A DNA stretch of 64,000 bases from Monocercomonoides exilis PA203 (Eukaryota > Protista > Preaxostyla): NCBI GenBank assembly GCA_001643675.2, contig LSRY02000022.1, forward strand, positions 1,116,001-1,180,000, read 5' to 3'. Position 1 is the first letter of the stretch; the number at the start of each line of letters is the position of its first letter. A program made the translations under genes and the position numbers. A model generated the notes under the pieces. It made no database searches. It saw nothing but the letters and a program-made list of their open reading frames with translations, and was not told where the DNA came from. Below are positions 13,500 through 26,499 of the stretch, piece by piece.

Positions 13500-16400
13500 G
13501 AAGTCAGTCAAACAGCAGATGAACATGGCAAAATGTCTTTGCGGAAAAATGAATAAAAAAGAAAATTCTTGAAGGTCGTCCAACATCAAGGATGGTAGGA
13601 CAAATGAAAGGTGTGTCGATGGTTATGATCAAAAAGGATATTTTTCTTTGAAATTATTCTTTCGCTTTTCACATTCAAAAACCATTTTATTTCAATTGAT
13701 TGTCGATCAGATGAGAAATGTCGCAAAGGAAACTGTGCCATGAGAAGCATTCCAGAAGCAGAAGAATTCAACAATTCCTTCAATAGTTCATCAAAAACAC
13801 AGAAGAAAAGAATCAGAGAGTTCTGCTGCTCAGACAAAAGAATGAAGAGTGTGGAAAAGAATTCCAACTCAAGGTTCGAATATTTCCTTTTGCACAAACT
13901 TTTCTATATTTTTTGGAGCAAACAAGACACTCTTTATTGGACTTCAACGATCACGCTCAATCGCAATGAATAATAAATGTGGATGGATATCTCTATAGAA
14001 TTCATTCTTAATCTCTCCTTTTTTTCAATTCACGGAACAGTCTTAAAGAAAAAAAACTTGTCTTTTCGATAATTTCTCATCTGACACTCTCGGAATGTTT
14101 CTTTTAACATATAAAGTGATTTAAATTGTATTTTTTTTTTTGTCTCTCATGATTTTCAACATTTGATATCGCATTGATAAGAAAATGACCATCTTGAAAA
14201 AAGGCAATTGTTTATTCCGATTTCAGTACGCACAATCTGAATTCTTTCATTTGAAACATAAATGGACAGAACTCTTCAATTCTCTTTATTCATTTTGTGT
14301 GATATTGACATGATTATTTGAATGATATACGCACAGCTTCATCATCATCATCACATCTTTCTCACAATACAAACTAAAACGTATTCTCAAGAAATAAAAA
14401 ATGCAATTGCATATTGCTTCATTTCACAAGATAATGACGAGCTTTTGAGGCTGATTGGCTTTTCCAATGTGAATGTGGATGTTGTGCTTACGAACCAGGA
14501 AGAACTGTTGTCTAATACAAATATTCGTTTGAATGAGTTTCTTGTTTCAATTGAAGCATGGTTTTCTTCTCCTTTCTCAGCATATTCAGTTTTATCCACT
14601 TCTTCAATTAAGATGCTGAGATAAAAAGCGAAGAAAGTGACTGGGGGAAAAAGGTCATCCCCATCATTCACCGCTCCTGCAATTGAACCTTCAGATGTCT
14701 CGACTGTGAAGGGATCAAACATGAAGGCAGCATGGATGAACGATATCAAAAGACTGATGCGGATTGTTGTTTCTGAAGATGTTGTGGTGCATGCAAATCA
14801 CTTGAAGTTGTGACCAAGAGCGCTATTCATGCAGTGGGGATAAGCTATCACTTGGTCTTTTGTGCGGTTCGAGAGCAATATGAACATGCGATTTGTGGAG
14901 CTTTCAAAGATGCTTTCAGTTCCGCTTGTGACATCTCTTCTTTTGCTTGCAGCATTTATGGGTACGAGGTCGGGGAGCAATAGTTCATTTTCAGCTGTAG
15001 ATGAGAATTCGTTCACTTTGATCCACTATCTATTTCACCCGTTGATGCAGCAGTCTAAGATAATGTTTCTTGTGCAAAGATTGTCGAAATGGATGAGTGT
15101 GATCGTAAAGAAAGAAGATGAAGTGATGATGTTAAGAATGGCAATATGCATAGATGGAGAGATTATGGAGAAGGAACTGTCAGCGGATGTGCTGATGATA
15201 GATGACGTTGTTGTCAAGCTCAATACGATTTAAAAAGATGTTCTGGAGGAACAAGAAGAAGCAGAGGAAGGGTTAGGAAATGAGTGAAAAAAAACTAACC
15301 TAATGTGGCAAAGAAATTCTTTTGAATGACGAAAATCAAATTTGTAAAAGTTCGGAATGGAAAGGAAGCTGCAATTTGTTGATTAGATAATCGAAAGAGA
15401 AAGAAGAATGAAGAGATGGAAATTTTTATAATAAAGGTACAAAGTGGGCATCATTTCACAAAAAATAAACTCATTTGAATTTTTCCACCATTTGTAACTT
15501 CACACAAAATATGAAAATAGGTGAAAGTTTATAAGTCTCACATGAAGCATGTTTAAGAAGAGATTCACAAAAACATGAAAATGTTTTCAAACAAGATTCT
15601 GTTCTAACGTCCACCTCAAAGACTTCATATGAAATAAATCAAGAAAATGGGAGATCTCTTTATTAATCAGAGACATAAGGAAGTTCGAAAGATATTTAAT
15701 TGGAATAAGAGCTTATTTGATAAAATAATGAAATCAACATGATTTGAAAAATTATGTTTCCACTGAAACATTCAAATTGTCTTAATCATTTGATATGAAA
15801 GTCTTGAAACTCCATTCAACACAATATATCTCTGTTTTCATTCCTTTAAGATTCTCAATTTCGTTCGAAATTTCTTAAAAAATGCTAAGTTATAGAAAAT
15901 AGATGTTGATTTGAAAGGATGACTTTCTTTCATTCCATGTGTTTTTATTTTTGATATTTTGTGGTGTTAGCGCTGAGGATACATATCTAATTTTTCCAAA
16001 ATCTTTTTCAAGCCATTTTTATTTTACCATTTTTTGAAAGAATTGTGTTAATGTCACTGTTTTCGTTCACATGGCTGAATTGTCAATTGGATCAACGTTG
16101 TTTTCTGAAGAGCCAAAAATGAAAATATCATGCCATCTAAAAGTATATTCATAATTGTGAAAAGCAACAATGATGCAATGTTCAAAAAATGTTTTTATTT
16201 AACAATTTGATAGCTTCTCCTTCTTTGCTCATCGAATGACAATGGTTGAAAAAACATTTTTGAATGACAACCTTTCCAACATGATTCCATTGCTGAAACG
16301 AACCTCCCGCTGACAATGATTAACTGTTTGATTCACAAGAGGCAAGCAATAAAGATGTAGAGAATAATTATTGCTTTTGTGTCATTGTTGGACACATATT

Positions 16401-17700
16401 GACTGTCCACAATATTCCGCAAAGAACAACAAGAAATGTCATCATTGAAAATCAGTTGAACAATAATAATAAGTCACTTAATTTCTCTTCCAACTCTAAA
16501 TGAATTCACGATTGATAAGTATTGGATAAATGAAGAATGATGAACAGCACATTCGGTAATTTTCAATGCATATATTCTCCACATTTTATTGAAGTGTCAT
16601 TGCATCTTGTTTACAAACATTTTTTCAAAGTCAGAATAGTTATAAACAAATCATTTACAAAAAGAACAACTTCATGTTCTGAATTGCAATCTGTCCATTC
16701 GCAAAGAAAAAAAGATTAACTGTTTGCACATTCATTTTTCTTTTTTCTGACATCAGTTGTTTGCCTCTTTACAAAGTGTGTTGTTTAACTTTTACGGACA
16801 TTTTCATGAGAAGAAAAGGATCCACTTGAGATCCCTTTTTCAAATCCTGTGATGTTTGAATAAACGAAGTGGCTCTCAAAAGCATACAAATTGTTACAAT
16901 GTCATATTTGACAATTGATTTTATTGTCATAATTTGCAGACACATTTCTGAAAACACAGAGAATAATCTGCTGGTTTTTTTCATCTTCCTGATACAAAAA
17001 TATAGCCTGGTGATGAAACAACAAATCGCTGTGAAGAAACACATCAAATAAAATGGATTTCAATTACCAGAGGAGGAAACGGAAGTGTTTGGATTTATGT
17101 CCTTCAGTGGATTCATTTTTAGGTTTTTGAAGCATATTGTTTTTTTCTGAAAAGCAAAGGAAGAAGAAGACAAATATTGAGATATGTGTTATTTTATTAT
17201 ATCTTTCGATTAATATGGAATTTGCATCAACGATATAGAAGTGAGCTCATCTGTAAAATATGGAAACGAGACAGAATAATAGAAAAATCAAAAAATAATA
17301 ATTATGACAATTGACTGAACTTGTTGCTATCATTTTGCATCAGAGAATGAACAAAGATAAATTGAAGACATTCAGGGTTTCATTAATTGAAAACATGCAT
17401 TTTCTATGTTTCGTTATTGGAATCAAAACTAATTAATCTGTGGATTAACCAGAAGAACGGTGATTGATTTTCCTTCTATTTTCAAATGCTCATTTAATGA
17501 TGGAAAAAAAATGTTTGAACAGGAATCCAAATGTTAATGATATTATCGCTTCAAAAGAATTATTGTTTTCATTGGTGAGAAAAACAAATAATGAATTTGT
17601 TGTAAAGCAAAGTCTTATTTCTTTTTTTAAAACGATTTCAAATCTTCATTCACTTTTTCAACTTCTGCATTTCTTTTTGAACAGCAAATAAATGTTAATC
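13500..17700 (-). pseudogene. Heavily decayed remnants of large surface-protein family gene(s)
   Basis: Short fragmented minus-strand ORFs (14387-15223) have the Ser/Thr/Ile/Cys-rich beta-repeat character of the family at 1-1930. There are many stops and frameshifts, and the boundaries are approximate. Confidence 0.4.
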
Positions 17701-18290
17701 TGATTTCCAAAAAGTGATCTATTCTGTTGATAATCAACACCAGTGATTACACTTTTTTATTTCAGTAGTTCATGTGAAAATTAGTTAATAAACATTGGTC
17801 GTAAATAATGAATACTTTTCTCATCCAATTCACATAAAAACTATGAAACATAATACGACTTCAAACAATATTCATGATTGAATTGCAAACAATTGAATTA
17901 TTCATAAATATGATTTTATCTGAATTGTTTATTTTGATAAATTGTTCAATATGGTTTGCTCAAAATTATATATCCTTCATAGAATTCATGGAAAAAAAAT
18001 TTATTTTGTTTTTCAACGAAATTTTCTCAACTTCATTATAGTGACTTGTTTATGAAAAGAAAACAAAATATTTGGAATGGGCGCTTATTTTTTCTTTGCC
18101 ATTATTATTGTTTTGTTTCATTTGACAATAAGGAAGAATCATAAACATTGACATCTAAATATTTATTTGTGAATTTTTCTCATTATTCAAATATTCTTTA
18201 ATGAAAATAAAACCACACTTTGGAAAAGGTTTCATTTGAATAAAGGATTAGTCGATCTGTTGTGATTCAGAAAAGTGAACATCAAACAGA

Positions 18291-19604
18291 ATGCTTATTG
18301 TTTTTGCTTATTTCCTTTCTGTTTCATTGACATGCATGCGAGAAGTGAATGATGCAACATTGACAGAAGTTTACGTAAAGCAAAGCGGAGATAACAGCAA
18401 CAGTGGCAATGAGATCGGCAAGGAAAAAAAATCATTGAATCATGCTTATTCTCAATTGGCATATGACAAGCCCGGCAAGATCTTTGTTGTTCATGATGAA
18501 GCTCCTCTAACTGCTGAGGCAATGTTGTGGACAAGTCATCCGATAACAGTTGAAGGAATAAATGAAAATGGAAAAGGAAATACAGAAGTTGCAATTGATT
18601 GTAATGTTCCAATATCATCTCAAGAATCAGTATTCAAATGTATTGGAACTGTTGAATTCAAGTATTTGGCATTCCATTTCTCAACAACAGAACATTATTG
18701 GGACATGTTAATCTACACATCAACAGATTCCTTGAAAATAAGCAACTGTCAATTTGTCAGGGTTGAAGCAACATCACAAAGAGGAAAAACATCAAATGTT
18801 GATGGAAACAGTTCTGTGGCGAACTGTCTTGTCAAGGTGTTATCAGGAAATGTATTTATGAATTCAGTGAAATGCACAGATGATACAACATATGCAACAT
18901 TTCATGAATCTCTTTTTTATTTTTATGGAGCAAAGGAAGTATCATTGAATGAGGTGGAAATCAACAAAGTTAATGTTCAGTCCGGTTCTGCAGTCCTTGT
19001 CAAAGATGAAAGCAATTCATCAACGGAGGTTTCAATTGAAGGATTACACATGAAAGAAGTGAAAGCAGAGAATTCGCATGTTGCTGGGTTGGATATCACA
19101 CTCAGTTCAGAAGAATCAACAGTTGCCATTGGAAGGACAAACAAATGCTCATTTAAATCTTGCATGGCATCACGTGGAGGGACAAGTGCTGGTGCAATTT
19201 TTATTAAAATGGAAAATGTAATTTCTCATCTTCAACTACCAGCTGCAAACAATTTGGATATTGACAGTTCAAACAAAGTTAATTCATTTTCAAGATCAAT
19301 ATTTATTGTTGCACCGGATATTGAAGAATTTTGTGAAAAGGAAGACTCCTTTGAGTTTGCAAACGATTACGATGAATCAGCTGTAGGATGGATTGAGGTG
19401 ACAAAACGACATGATAAAGAACCAGTGGATGTGTACGAAAAGTATATAAAGGTGAGACAAGAAAAACAAAAAGATGAAGCCCAAAAGAAAAAAGCAGGGA
19501 CAATTGTTGCAATTGTGGTGCCAATAGTGGTCGTTGTGGTTGTTGCTGTTGTGGTTGTTGTTGTTATCATCGTTGTCAGAAAAAGGAAATCAAAAAGTGG
19601 TTAG
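18291..19604 (+). CDS. Type I membrane surface protein, putative right-handed beta-helix ectodomain (437 aa, single exon)
   Basis: Signal peptide MLIVFAYFLSVSLTC; VYVKQSGDNSNSG..KKSLNHA motif typical of beta-helix starts; repeated xISNCQF/CSFKSC; Val-rich TM helix (GTIVAIVVPIVVVVVVAVVVVVVIIVV) followed by RKRKSKSG. Confidence 0.85.
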   Translation: MLIVFAYFLSVSLTCMREVNDATLTEVYVKQSGDNSNSGNEIGKEKKSLNHAYSQLAYDKPGKIFVVHDEAPLTAEAMLWTSHPITVEGINENGKGNTEVAIDCNVPISSQESVFKCIGTVEFKYLAFHFSTTEHYWDMLIYTSTDSLKISNCQFVRVEATSQRGKTSNVDGNSSVANCLVKVLSGNVFMNSVKCTDDTTYATFHESLFYFYGAKEVSLNEVEINKVNVQSGSAVLVKDESNSSTEVSIEGLHMKEVKAENSHVAGLDITLSSEESTVAIGRTNKCSFKSCMASRGGTSAGAIFIKMENVISHLQLPAANNLDIDSSNKVNSFSRSIFIVAPDIEEFCEKEDSFEFANDYDESAVGWIEVTKRHDKEPVDVYEKYIKVRQEKQKDEAQKKKAGTIVAIVVPIVVVVVVAVVVVVVIIVVRKRKSKSG

Positions 19605-20467
19605 GAAAAGCAATAGGAACAGGAAATGATCAGTGTTTGAAGCAGAAAACATATTGATTAATTATTATCTAAATTTGATAACCGTCAAGATTTCAAATTT
19701 TGAATATCCATGTGTAGTCATCTTTTTCTCATTTTTTTTATATTTCTTTTTTTTTCTTTTTGATCTGTAAACCAATTCTATTGTGTATTTCATCCAAAAG
19801 CCCACATCACTTGATTAAAAAAAGAACTTATATTGGGCAATGAAAATGAAAAAGGAGTGAAAAATGACTGGATTATTAAAAGTTCACAACTCGGGCAATT
19901 GCGTTAATTTGTAATTTTTTTTTCTGAAATTCAATTTCAGTTTCTATTCCATTTTGTTTTGGAAATGGAATTCCACTCAAGATGTTGAGCATTCAATCAG
20001 TCTGGAAATGAATGATATATTGTCTGGACTGTTCAATCATAAGCTCTGTTTCATCAGACTTCGGATTTCCTATCCACATTGGAGAATTCGTCTTATCTTC
20101 ACCAAGAATATTTGAAACCATTGTATGGATTTATTCACATTCAACACTTCAATCTGTACGCAATCATTCAAAATTCTTAGAAAATTATCAAATTTTGAAC
20201 TTGTATAATAATCAAGTTGAAGCATCTATCAGTCACAAATATCCAAATAATTTTTCATGACATATCCTTCGTAAAACAACATTTTCATTCATTCAAAGTC
20301 GAGCTATTGCAACCATTTCCACAACAATTGGATTTTTCAATTAATATCAGAAACATAGAAAATTCATCACGCTGGAATTGTTGCAACTCTGAATGTTGTT
20401 AAAAAAAGAAATAACAATCAATTCAACTTTCGTTGAAAGTTCGAAACTGAACAAACTTGAACACTTA

Positions 20468-21941
20468 CCATCGTTCAAAAACCCGGGATTTTTTCAAAAA
20501 CCCGGACATCCATCATGTTGAAATATCATTCAATCGTTCTTGACATTTCACTTTCAAACGCATTCAACAGTTAAATGATGTTCGAACTGTTGATAATTCA
20601 TATGATAATTAAAGAATTGTTCATTCTTCAAGAAAGAAATATGAGTTTTTCATAAATTATTTTGTTATTTTTTCAGTTATCGTGAATTGCATATTTCAAA
20701 AATTATTTCAGAAAACTTGTTTTGTCAATTTTTATTCTTACGAATAATTCACAACGAATGAAATCATTTGTTTCTATTTTCATTTGCTTTTCCAAACAAA
20801 ATCCATTAATTGTGAAGATATTCTAATATTCGATAGCGTTTGATGAAATGAGGAAATAAATGGAATTCGAATAAAAGAATCAAACCTTTTAATTTTGAAA
20901 AAGATAAAATGCAATTTCTCTGGATTAATCGAATATCAAGTTACAAATATCACGATGAAAAGCATTATTATTAATAGATCAAGCTTCAAATAGTCTTCGC
21001 ATTTTCATCATCACTTGTTTCGTCATTGTACTCAATCCTCAAACATTTTCTCCACGTTTTCTTTTCGCTTTTATTTCTATTTTCTTTTCTTGAAATATTC
21101 ATCATAGCAATCTCATCCTTTTTTTCATTTCTCATCAATTTCAATTAAATCATTTCTTGTTCGTTTCTTTTTCTTCTTCATCAAAATTGACACATCACTG
21201 ATTGCTGAAGTTTTTTTTCTTTCTTCATCTTTTCCATTCTTAATTGTTTTGCCTTTTTCAATATCAGTTTTCAAGTTCTCAAGAGTTTTTTCTTCATTCT
21301 TCTTTTTCTTTGGAAAAAATCTTCCATACAATTGTTCTTTGTTTTTTTCAACACACAATGATAAGTTTCTTTCTGGTTCCCCGTATATTCTTACCAATAC
21401 CGGAGCAGCTTTGACCAGCCAAACACCTGTTTGTTTGAATGAATGTTTTATATTTGAAGGAGTTGAAGATGCAGATATAGCTTCTGGGAGAATGTCAAAA
21501 ACAGCGGAGCGAAATGCGGAAGAAGAACGATCAGATGAAGTTTTGAAGTTGTTGTTGTACGTTTTTTTGAACCTTGCAAAAATAGAGTCATCGCACGGTT
21601 GAAGCAGATGAGTCGAATTTTGTAAAAATTTTTTTATGATTATGTTTCTTTATTTTGCAAACGTTTCAACGGCTTCACAACAGTGTGACGAATGATTATT
21701 CATTAAAAATAACAACGATTTTATTCATCCTTTTATAATTTTTTCTTCAATTTGAATTAGCCAGTTTTCGCTCATTATTTTTTCGAAGGTTTTCGTTGTG
21801 ATACAGCCAGATGAAGCAAATATATAGTTGATGCAATATGAAGATAGAATGAGAAATTCTGAAGGTGTTTTTTTTTTTGCTGGTAAAAGAAGATAAGAAG
21901 GAAAACAAGAGCCATCCACACATACACAAAGGCATAAAGTT

Positions 21942-21990
<49 letters not shown>

Positions 21991-23045
21991 GTAACGGTGT
22001 TGAAGGGGGTTTCTGATTTTGCAAACAAACCACTTGTTTGCAAGAATTGTCTCCAAAATAGAGTGAAGTTTCGTCGAAATTAAATATTCCTGTTGCACTA
22101 ATATCATAGTCATTTTCAATCTGATAAAGTTCTTCGAACCATTTTTGTATGGCACTTGATGATTGTGAAGATTTTTTTGCTGAGTCCAAAGGTTTGGAAA
22201 GCTCTGATTTCCAAACACTGCTTCTTTGAACCGTGTCATGCGCTGCAGTCAAACCTGGAATTTTTATCTCTTTTTCGTCATGTAATGATTGCTCGATATA
22301 TTTCACAATCAAAAAATACTTCGAAAAATTAATTTCCTAGATAAAAAATAACAAAAACCATTTTGTGCACGTCCTTCACTCTAATTGTTTCACCTTTTGA
22401 AAGAAGAACAACAACTTGATTCTCAATTTTTTCTATTAAATCTTGTGTTTTTATTGGTGGTCTTCCGTTCACTCCCGCAGGTCTTTTTTGCTTCTCTGCA
22501 GCTATTCATGTGTACCACGAACAGTTAGAAAATGTGCCAGAATCGACAGCGACTTTCTTTGTAATCAAATGATCTTTTCGAGGTTCGAATATTTTTTGAG
22601 AAATTGTTTTCAGCCGCCAAATATCAGATGGAGCGAGTTCCTATCTCAACTCAGGCAACGATAATTCTTTTGTAATTGTTATTAATATGATTTTATCATA
22701 TAATCATGAGTGAAAATATGTGAGAATAAATATAGATTTTTTGTTTGTTCAACAAAAAATGCAATAGTGCAGTATTCATTGAACAATTAAAGTTCTTCAC
22801 GGAATTGCTGGTTTTATTTTTTTTTTTGAATTCTTATAAAGAAATGAGCAAAAGATCAAATTGATTCTCTCAACAAGGCGAATTGAATTTTAGCGAAAAA
22901 TGATCTTTATTTGGATAGAAGATTAATATCGATTCTTTTCGGAAAATAAAATATGTTGTTGAAAATGCTTTTGAAAAAGATGATCAGATTTCATTTTTTC
23001 TTGAAATCCGGGTTTTAGAAAGATTCCCCTGTTTCTGAACGATGG
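20468..23045 (-). mobile_element. Degenerate pogo/Fot1-like (Tc1-mariner superfamily, DDE_1) DNA transposon
   Basis: 39-bp TIRs at 20468-20506 and 23007-23045 (33/39 identical), with TA on the left and AA on the right. Minus-strand transposase remnants include IQKWFEEL...GIFNFDETSL, CxDGSCFPSYLLLP, ASSGCITTKTF, LMNNHSSH, NSTHLLQPCD and IKHSFKQTGVW. Confidence 0.85.
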
Positions 23046-23670
23046 AACAAATTTTTCTTTTTTTGATCAAAGCTCTCAAAGAAACAAGAATAAAAAGGAT
23101 TCAGATTGTAAATGAAACAAAGGAGGAATGAATTTTTCAAAAAAAAAGATGAATTTTATTGGAGACTTTTTTGGTGTTAACAATCAACAAAACTATCAAA
23201 ACGAAAGAAGAATCTATTTTTGTAGATAAATGAAGATAATTTAGCACACAAACACATTTTCATTGCCAAATCAGTTATTTTGAGAACGATTGATCACAAT
23301 AAATAAAGAAGGTTCATGATATAGAAAGATAACACTGTCTTGGTTTTCACACAAATTGATTGATGAAGAAGATCGAAGGAAGGGCAAAATTCATCTTTCA
23401 AACCTTTTCTTTTCAATATTGCCATTATATTACTGGATTGACCTTGACACTGTGCAGAAAAGTGGAGAAGTGCAAGACAAGCGGAAAATAAAGATAAAGC
23501 AAAATGTGGTTTTTTTCAGCATAATCCGAAGATATCGTCATTTTCAAAACACACTAATTCATAATTATTTAATAAAAGTGCATAAGCACCTTTATTTTCA
23601 AGAAAAACAAACATTCAATTCCTTCTCCTTCATTTGATGTCACGATCAATGGGTCATCGCCACGATCGGA

Positions 23671-24522
23671 TTGATGAAGAAATCCTCGCTATTCTCGACA
23701 TTTCCTGGACTTCCGCCGTCGACCGAAGCAGACGGACTGCCAGGTGGGGTCCAAAGCCAAATGAACGTCCAATCGCAACAACAGCTCCTTTCTCCGCCTT
23801 TTATCAACCATTCTGCAGGATCTTCAACACAGCTGTCAGATAGAGAAAAGAGCAGACGAGAAGAAGAAGAAGGCATGAACGAAATGACAGCACCTGTTTT
23901 TGAAGAAGTTATTGGACAGGATCCTATCAAATCCTTCCTCGACATTCATATTCCAATTTTCTCAGTGGAAAGAATTCAGCAGGAATATTCCTTACACGAT
24001 TTAAGCCCCTTATTTTCACCGAAGCATCCATGAGTTACAAAATCCAAAAACTGGATCAATGATGCTCTAGATAGCGCAGGATATAAGCAGGAGATGTGCC
24101 TATGTCAAGCTTTCAAAGCCGTTTTGTTTTGCTTAGCCGAAATGGATTCCAACAAGGAGAGTGCACGACAGAGAGCTTCAAATGCACTTATACTCACGGC
24201 AAAAGCTTTCCAGGAGGCCAGAAATACCAGAATTCAAGGAAGGTTCGGGTTTAAATCAGCGGAAAAAATGAGAGCGGAAGCTTCGGCTGGACTATTGACA
24301 TCGAGACAAGAACAGATCTTGAAAGAATCAGAGCTAGAAACAGATATGGTTAGTGCGCGAAGGAGATACAGAGGTTTTGAAGCAATGATCGAGGCAAAGA
24401 AGGAAAAAATGGATTTCCGTTCAGCCAGCCCAGTTCAGGCGCCGTCAAAAGGAGGAGCAGGTCAGAAGTTTTTTCGTCACAGACTCCGCTCTTTCTCAGG
24501 AAGGAGAAACCATGGAAGCTGA
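23671..24522 (+). pseudogene. DIRS Gag-like ORF1 with one internal TGA
   Basis: ORFs 23671-24033 and 24094-24522 are in the same frame, separated only by the TGA at 24031-24033. It lies upstream of RT and has a helical core and basic C-terminus. Confidence 0.6.
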
Positions 24523-24599
24523 CTAAGAGCAGCAGGATGGGCCGGATGGAGTCGGGGTCTTCAAAGGAATTATGGAAGGCAACAGAGAAAAAGTCGCAG

Positions 24600-26440
24600 C
24601 CAGATCAGGTCATTGGGGGAAAGACGGTGCTGTTCTTAAAGGCATCGGAAAAGATTGGAGGAGGAGATATGATCCGAAATGGAGTCCAAGCGATGTGGAA
24701 GAGCAGAAGAGAGTGAGAAACTTTCAAAGATATCGTTCAGAGATAAAGCCAAGCGAACAAGCGAGGAGCACAGAAGAGCCTTCATGGATTTGTTGGAGGA
24801 ACAGACGAGGACCGGAATAGTGGAGGAGATAGATCAGGAAGATGTCAAACACAGTAACAACGTATTCCTGATCAAGAAGAAGAACGGAACATGGAGGCAG
24901 ATCTAAGACTGTCGTCGTTTGAATGAAGATGTCCTCAGAACGCATTTCATATGCGAAAACGTGAGAACAGTGGAGAGAATATTGTTGAAAGAAGATTGGG
25001 CAGTGACGATAAACCTTCATCAGGCGTATTATCTTCTCCCAGTTTCAAAGAATCTCAAACCATATCTCGCTTTCAGATTTCTCTGAAAAGATAACGTATT
25101 CAAAGGAATGCCTTTCGGATTCGTAGATGCACCCAGAATATTCACACATGTGATGAGGAAAGTGACGAAGGAAATAAGAAGAAGATGGCATGTGCAGTTG
25201 GCAGCTTATTTGGACGATCTGCAAATATCACATCAAGATCAAATGCATTTTTAAAAGAATTACGGAGGAGATTGCTCAGTTTATAGAGTAGCTTGTGTTG
25301 TTAGTGAACAAGGATAAACACAACTTATCAATCTGTTGAGAGTTTGTTTTTCTTGGAAACAGATGGAACTCGGAAATGATAGAGGTCCAGTTGACGGAAG
25401 ACAGGAGACTTGCATTGATGAAAGATGTGGACAAATGGAAAGAGAGAGCAGTTAAAGCCAAGAAGGTGAGAATAAGAGATTTCGCCTCGTTTATTTGAAA
25501 ACTCAGCCCAATCCGTTTTGTTCAGCAAGACGCTTCACTTTGGCTGCATTCCATGTATCGCCTCTTCCAAAAAGGATTGGAGTTGCAAGGATGGAACGGA
25601 CAGATGAGAATCAACGCATCCATAACACAACAAATTTTGCAATGGAGGAAGATATTGAAATCACGCCCTCAATGCAGTCTAATTCCAGTGTTTGTCCCAC
25701 AGGCAGTGATGACAACAGATGCATCGGAAGTGGCGTTGGGGGCTACGCTGTCATTCAACAATCAACTGTCAGACGCACACAATCGGTTTCCACAGCAACT
25801 TGCGAAACAGTCATCTAATCACAGGGAATTAATGGAAGAGTGGTTAGCTCTCAACAATTTTGGCCCAGCGCTCCAGAGGAACGGAATCAGTCGACTGCAT
25901 CTGAGATCGGACAATACAGCGGTTGTCTATAATATAAACAGATGGAATGCAGGAAAGAACTTGAGACCCGCACTGAGAAAGATATGGAGATGGAAGGAAG
26001 AAACACATATAGAGATGAGAGCCACACACATCCCAGGCATTAAGAACATAAGGGAAGACGCGTTGTCAGGACTAGAAAGAGCAGGGGATTACGAAGTGCG
26101 AGCAGAAGAGTTGCTGGAGATTCTGAAGATAGCTCAGAGGACACCGACACTGGACGCGTTTGCAGCAAGTCACAATCACAAGTTGGAGAGATTGTGTGGC
26201 ATCAACAGTCTGATTGCAGAAAATGGTCTCATGGTTTCATGGAAAGACGAAGTTGTTTTGTCTCACCCTCGTGTGTCGCTGATTGTATCAACGATTCAGA
26301 AAGCGAAAAGGGAGAAAGCACAAGTGATCTTACTCCTGCCGAACTGGAGAGGCCAGAACGGGGACGCTCTTTTGACGTCGATACCACACAGGAGCTGGGA
26401 CTGGAAGCTGCAGAAGGAAGTGTTACAGAAAGGCCTTTGA
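24600..26440 (+). pseudogene. DIRS pol: reverse transcriptase + RNase H + DNA N6-adenine methyltransferase-like domain
   Basis: RT: NNVFLIKKKNGTWRQI*DCRRLN, INLHQAYYLLPV, GMPFGFVDAPRIFT, AYLDD (25207-25218). RNase H: MTTDAS, SSNHRELM, LRSDNTAVV, HIPGIKNIREDALS. MT: LDAFAASHNHK...SWKDEVVLSHPRV. Confidence 0.85.
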
Positions 26441-26499
26441 ATGAAATTGACGAATGCCGGTCTTTTTCCAGGACGGTTGAGGATTGTGTTATTGAATCC

